This document shows positions 54,256 to 55,715 of a stretch of 55,715 nucleotides of DNA, in pieces. The stretch's first letter is position 1, and every line of letters begins with the position of its first letter. The stretch lies in the IMG/VR virus record IMGVR_UViG_3300032288_002071, positions 1-55,715 of that record. The stretch is one strand, 5' to 3'. This stretch comes from a virus. Its lineage: Duplodnaviria > Caudoviricetes. The position numbers and the translations under genes are program-made. The notes below the pieces were generated by a model. The model was not told where the DNA came from and ran no database searches. It was given only the letters and a program-made list of their open reading frames with translations.

Positions 54256-55715
54256 ATGCCTTTTGGTTACAATGGCGGCGTTCTTGGTTTTGTAAATCTA
54301 GCAAAAGGTTTAAATGGAATCACTAATGGCATCTGGTCACTAGATGAAGTATTCATTAATCGTGATTTGGGTTATTGGCCCAACACGACACGCAGTGAAT
54401 ATGCAAATCAAATATTCACATCTTCAGGTACTTTCACTACCACACCTCTTGTTTCATCGTATGTAGAATATCTTGTTGTTGCCGGTGGCGGCGGTGGTGG
54501 AGGTCAAGCTGGCGGTGGCGGTGGAGGTGGTGGTTTTCGTTCGGGACAAATTGCCGTAGATGCTGGAAAAACTTACACCGTAACTGTTGGTGGTGGTGGT
54601 GCCGTAGGCACTATAGGATCTAATAGCGGATTTTTTGAAAATTCTTCAGGACAACCTAGTTTTTGGTCAACTGGTGGTGGTAGAGGTGGTGTAAATTCTT
54701 CAGGGCAACAAGGCGGTGGTGATGGTGGTTCTGGTGGAGGAGGAGGATCAACTGGATATGGAGGTGGTCCTCATCCGGGTGGACAAGGAAATGCAGGAAA
54801 TTATATTCCATTAGAAGGTTATGGTGGTGGCTCTGGTTTATTTTTTCTATCTGTACCTTCTCCCGGCGGTGGTGGAGGTGGTGGCGCTGGTGCTAATGGC
54901 TTAAGTGCTGTGAATGGTCAAGGTGGTAATGGTGGTATAGGAATCTTCTCTTCTGTATCTGGTGCAAATATAGGATATTCTGGTGGTGGTGGAGGATGTA
55001 TTGATTCGTCAACTCCTAATAATTATGGAGTTGGTGCACTAAGTTTTGGTGGAGCAAATGGCGCATATCTTTTTTCTGGAACAGCGGGCAATGGCACAAC
55101 AAATCGTGGTGGCGGTGGCGGCGGAGGAGGTCCTGCCGTAGGACCAACTAACACAGGAGGTCTTGGTGGCTCAGGTTTCGTATACATAAGACAGTTTACA
55201 CTTTCAACTACATCAGTATTTGTATTTGCTAATACAACTCAATTTACAGTTCCCGATGGTGTCACATCAATTGATTATTTGATTGTTGGTGGTGGTGGTG
55301 GAGGAGGCTCTTTTGGTGGTGGTGGAGGTGCGGGTGGCTTACTTCAAGGCACAGGATATCCTGTAGGACCGGGACAGCTATACACTATTCAAGTTGGTTC
55401 TGGTGGTTCGGGTGCAACTACATCAGACACGGGGATAAATGGAAGCAATGGAACAAATACAATATTTTCAGCAGGTAACACAGTAAATGCCGCTATTTTT
55501 ACTGCTAGAGGAGGTGGAGGTGGAGGAACAAGAAACGGTGCACCGGGTTATGGTGGACCTGCTGCATTCTCTGGCGGTTCGGGTGGTGGTGGTGCCAACT
55601 CAGATTCAGGACCAGGAGGTCCTGCTGGTTTAGGAACACCAGGACAAGGAAACAATGGAGGTAATGGTGGAACTGGTGTTGTTGGAACACCTGATTATGG
55701 ACATGGTGGTGGAGG
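54256..55715 (+). CDS. Multi-domain glycine-rich adhesin-like protein, 3'-truncated (not in ORF track)
   Basis: ATG directly after the upstream TAA; MPFGYNGGVLG...GIWSLDEV...VEYLVVAGGGGG; second unit IDYLIVGGGGGG...QGTGYPVGP matches domain 2 of 11017. Confidence 0.85.
   Translation, partial: MPFGYNGGVLGFVNLAKGLNGITNGIWSLDEVFINRDLGYWPNTTRSEYANQIFTSSGTFTTTPLVSSYVEYLVVAGGGGGGGQAGGGGGGGGFRSGQIAVDAGKTYTVTVGGGGAVGTIGSNSGFFENSSGQPSFWSTGGGRGGVNSSGQQGGGDGGSGGGGGSTGYGGGPHPGGQGNAGNYIPLEGYGGGSGLFFLSVPSPGGGGGGGAGANGLSAVNGQGGNGGIGIFSSVSGANIGYSGGGGGCIDSSTPNNYGVGALSFGGANGAYLFSGTAGNGTTNRGGGGGGGGPAVGPTNTGGLGGSGFVYIRQFTLSTTSVFVFANTTQFTVPDGVTSIDYLIVGGGGGGGSFGGGGGAGGLLQGTGYPVGPGQLYTIQVGSGGSGATTSDTGINGSNGTNTIFSAGNTVNAAIFTARGGGGGGTRNGAPGYGGPAAFSGGSGGGGANSDSGPGGPAGLGTPGQGNNGGNGGTGVVGTPDYGHGGG

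Noticed and set aside
11017-55715. Diversity-generating retroelement or invertase shufflon acting on the adhesins
   Set aside because: No reverse transcriptase or recombinase in the window, no adenine-specific TR/VR pair, and all cassettes share one orientation

Overview
55.7 kb of an AT-rich T4-like myovirus genome, probably aquatic. The host is inferred to be betaproteobacterial from the PqqA, rubrerythrin and tmRNA types. Left to right: (1) the 3' end of a GIY-YIG/NUMOD3 homing endonuclease running into an array of 12 tRNA/tRNA-like genes, with a 13th tRNA at 2738. (2) An accessory region with a short ArfA-like ORF, an AbrB-like ORF, rubrerythrin, a 24-codon pqqA missed by the ORF track, RNase H, a nucleotide-sugar/glycosyltransferase cluster, ClpP, an out-of-place late adaptor+glycine-rich cassette, a DenV-like glycosylase, a PD-(D/E)XK exonuclease, a Bfd-like ferredoxin and a circularly permuted (two-piece) tmRNA. 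(3) The gp33-[endonuclease]-gp59-gp32 block. (4) The tail/baseplate module (tape-measure-like gene, 51, 26, tube-like, 2, 4, 48, 53, hub, 5, 5.4, 25, 6, 7, 8, VrlC-like). (5) A tandem array of adaptor/glycine-rich fibre genes running off the right edge. Top leads: a probable -1 frameshift fusing gp26 to gp51 directly before the tape-measure gene; a dispersed ribosome-rescue kit (ArfA-like + two-piece tmRNA + ClpP + tRNAs); a phage pqqA; a modular adaptor/polyglycine adhesin system; and Ala-Asn enrichment in outer virion proteins alongside sugar enzymes (possible virion glycosylation). All family calls come from motif recognition by eye; no searches were run.
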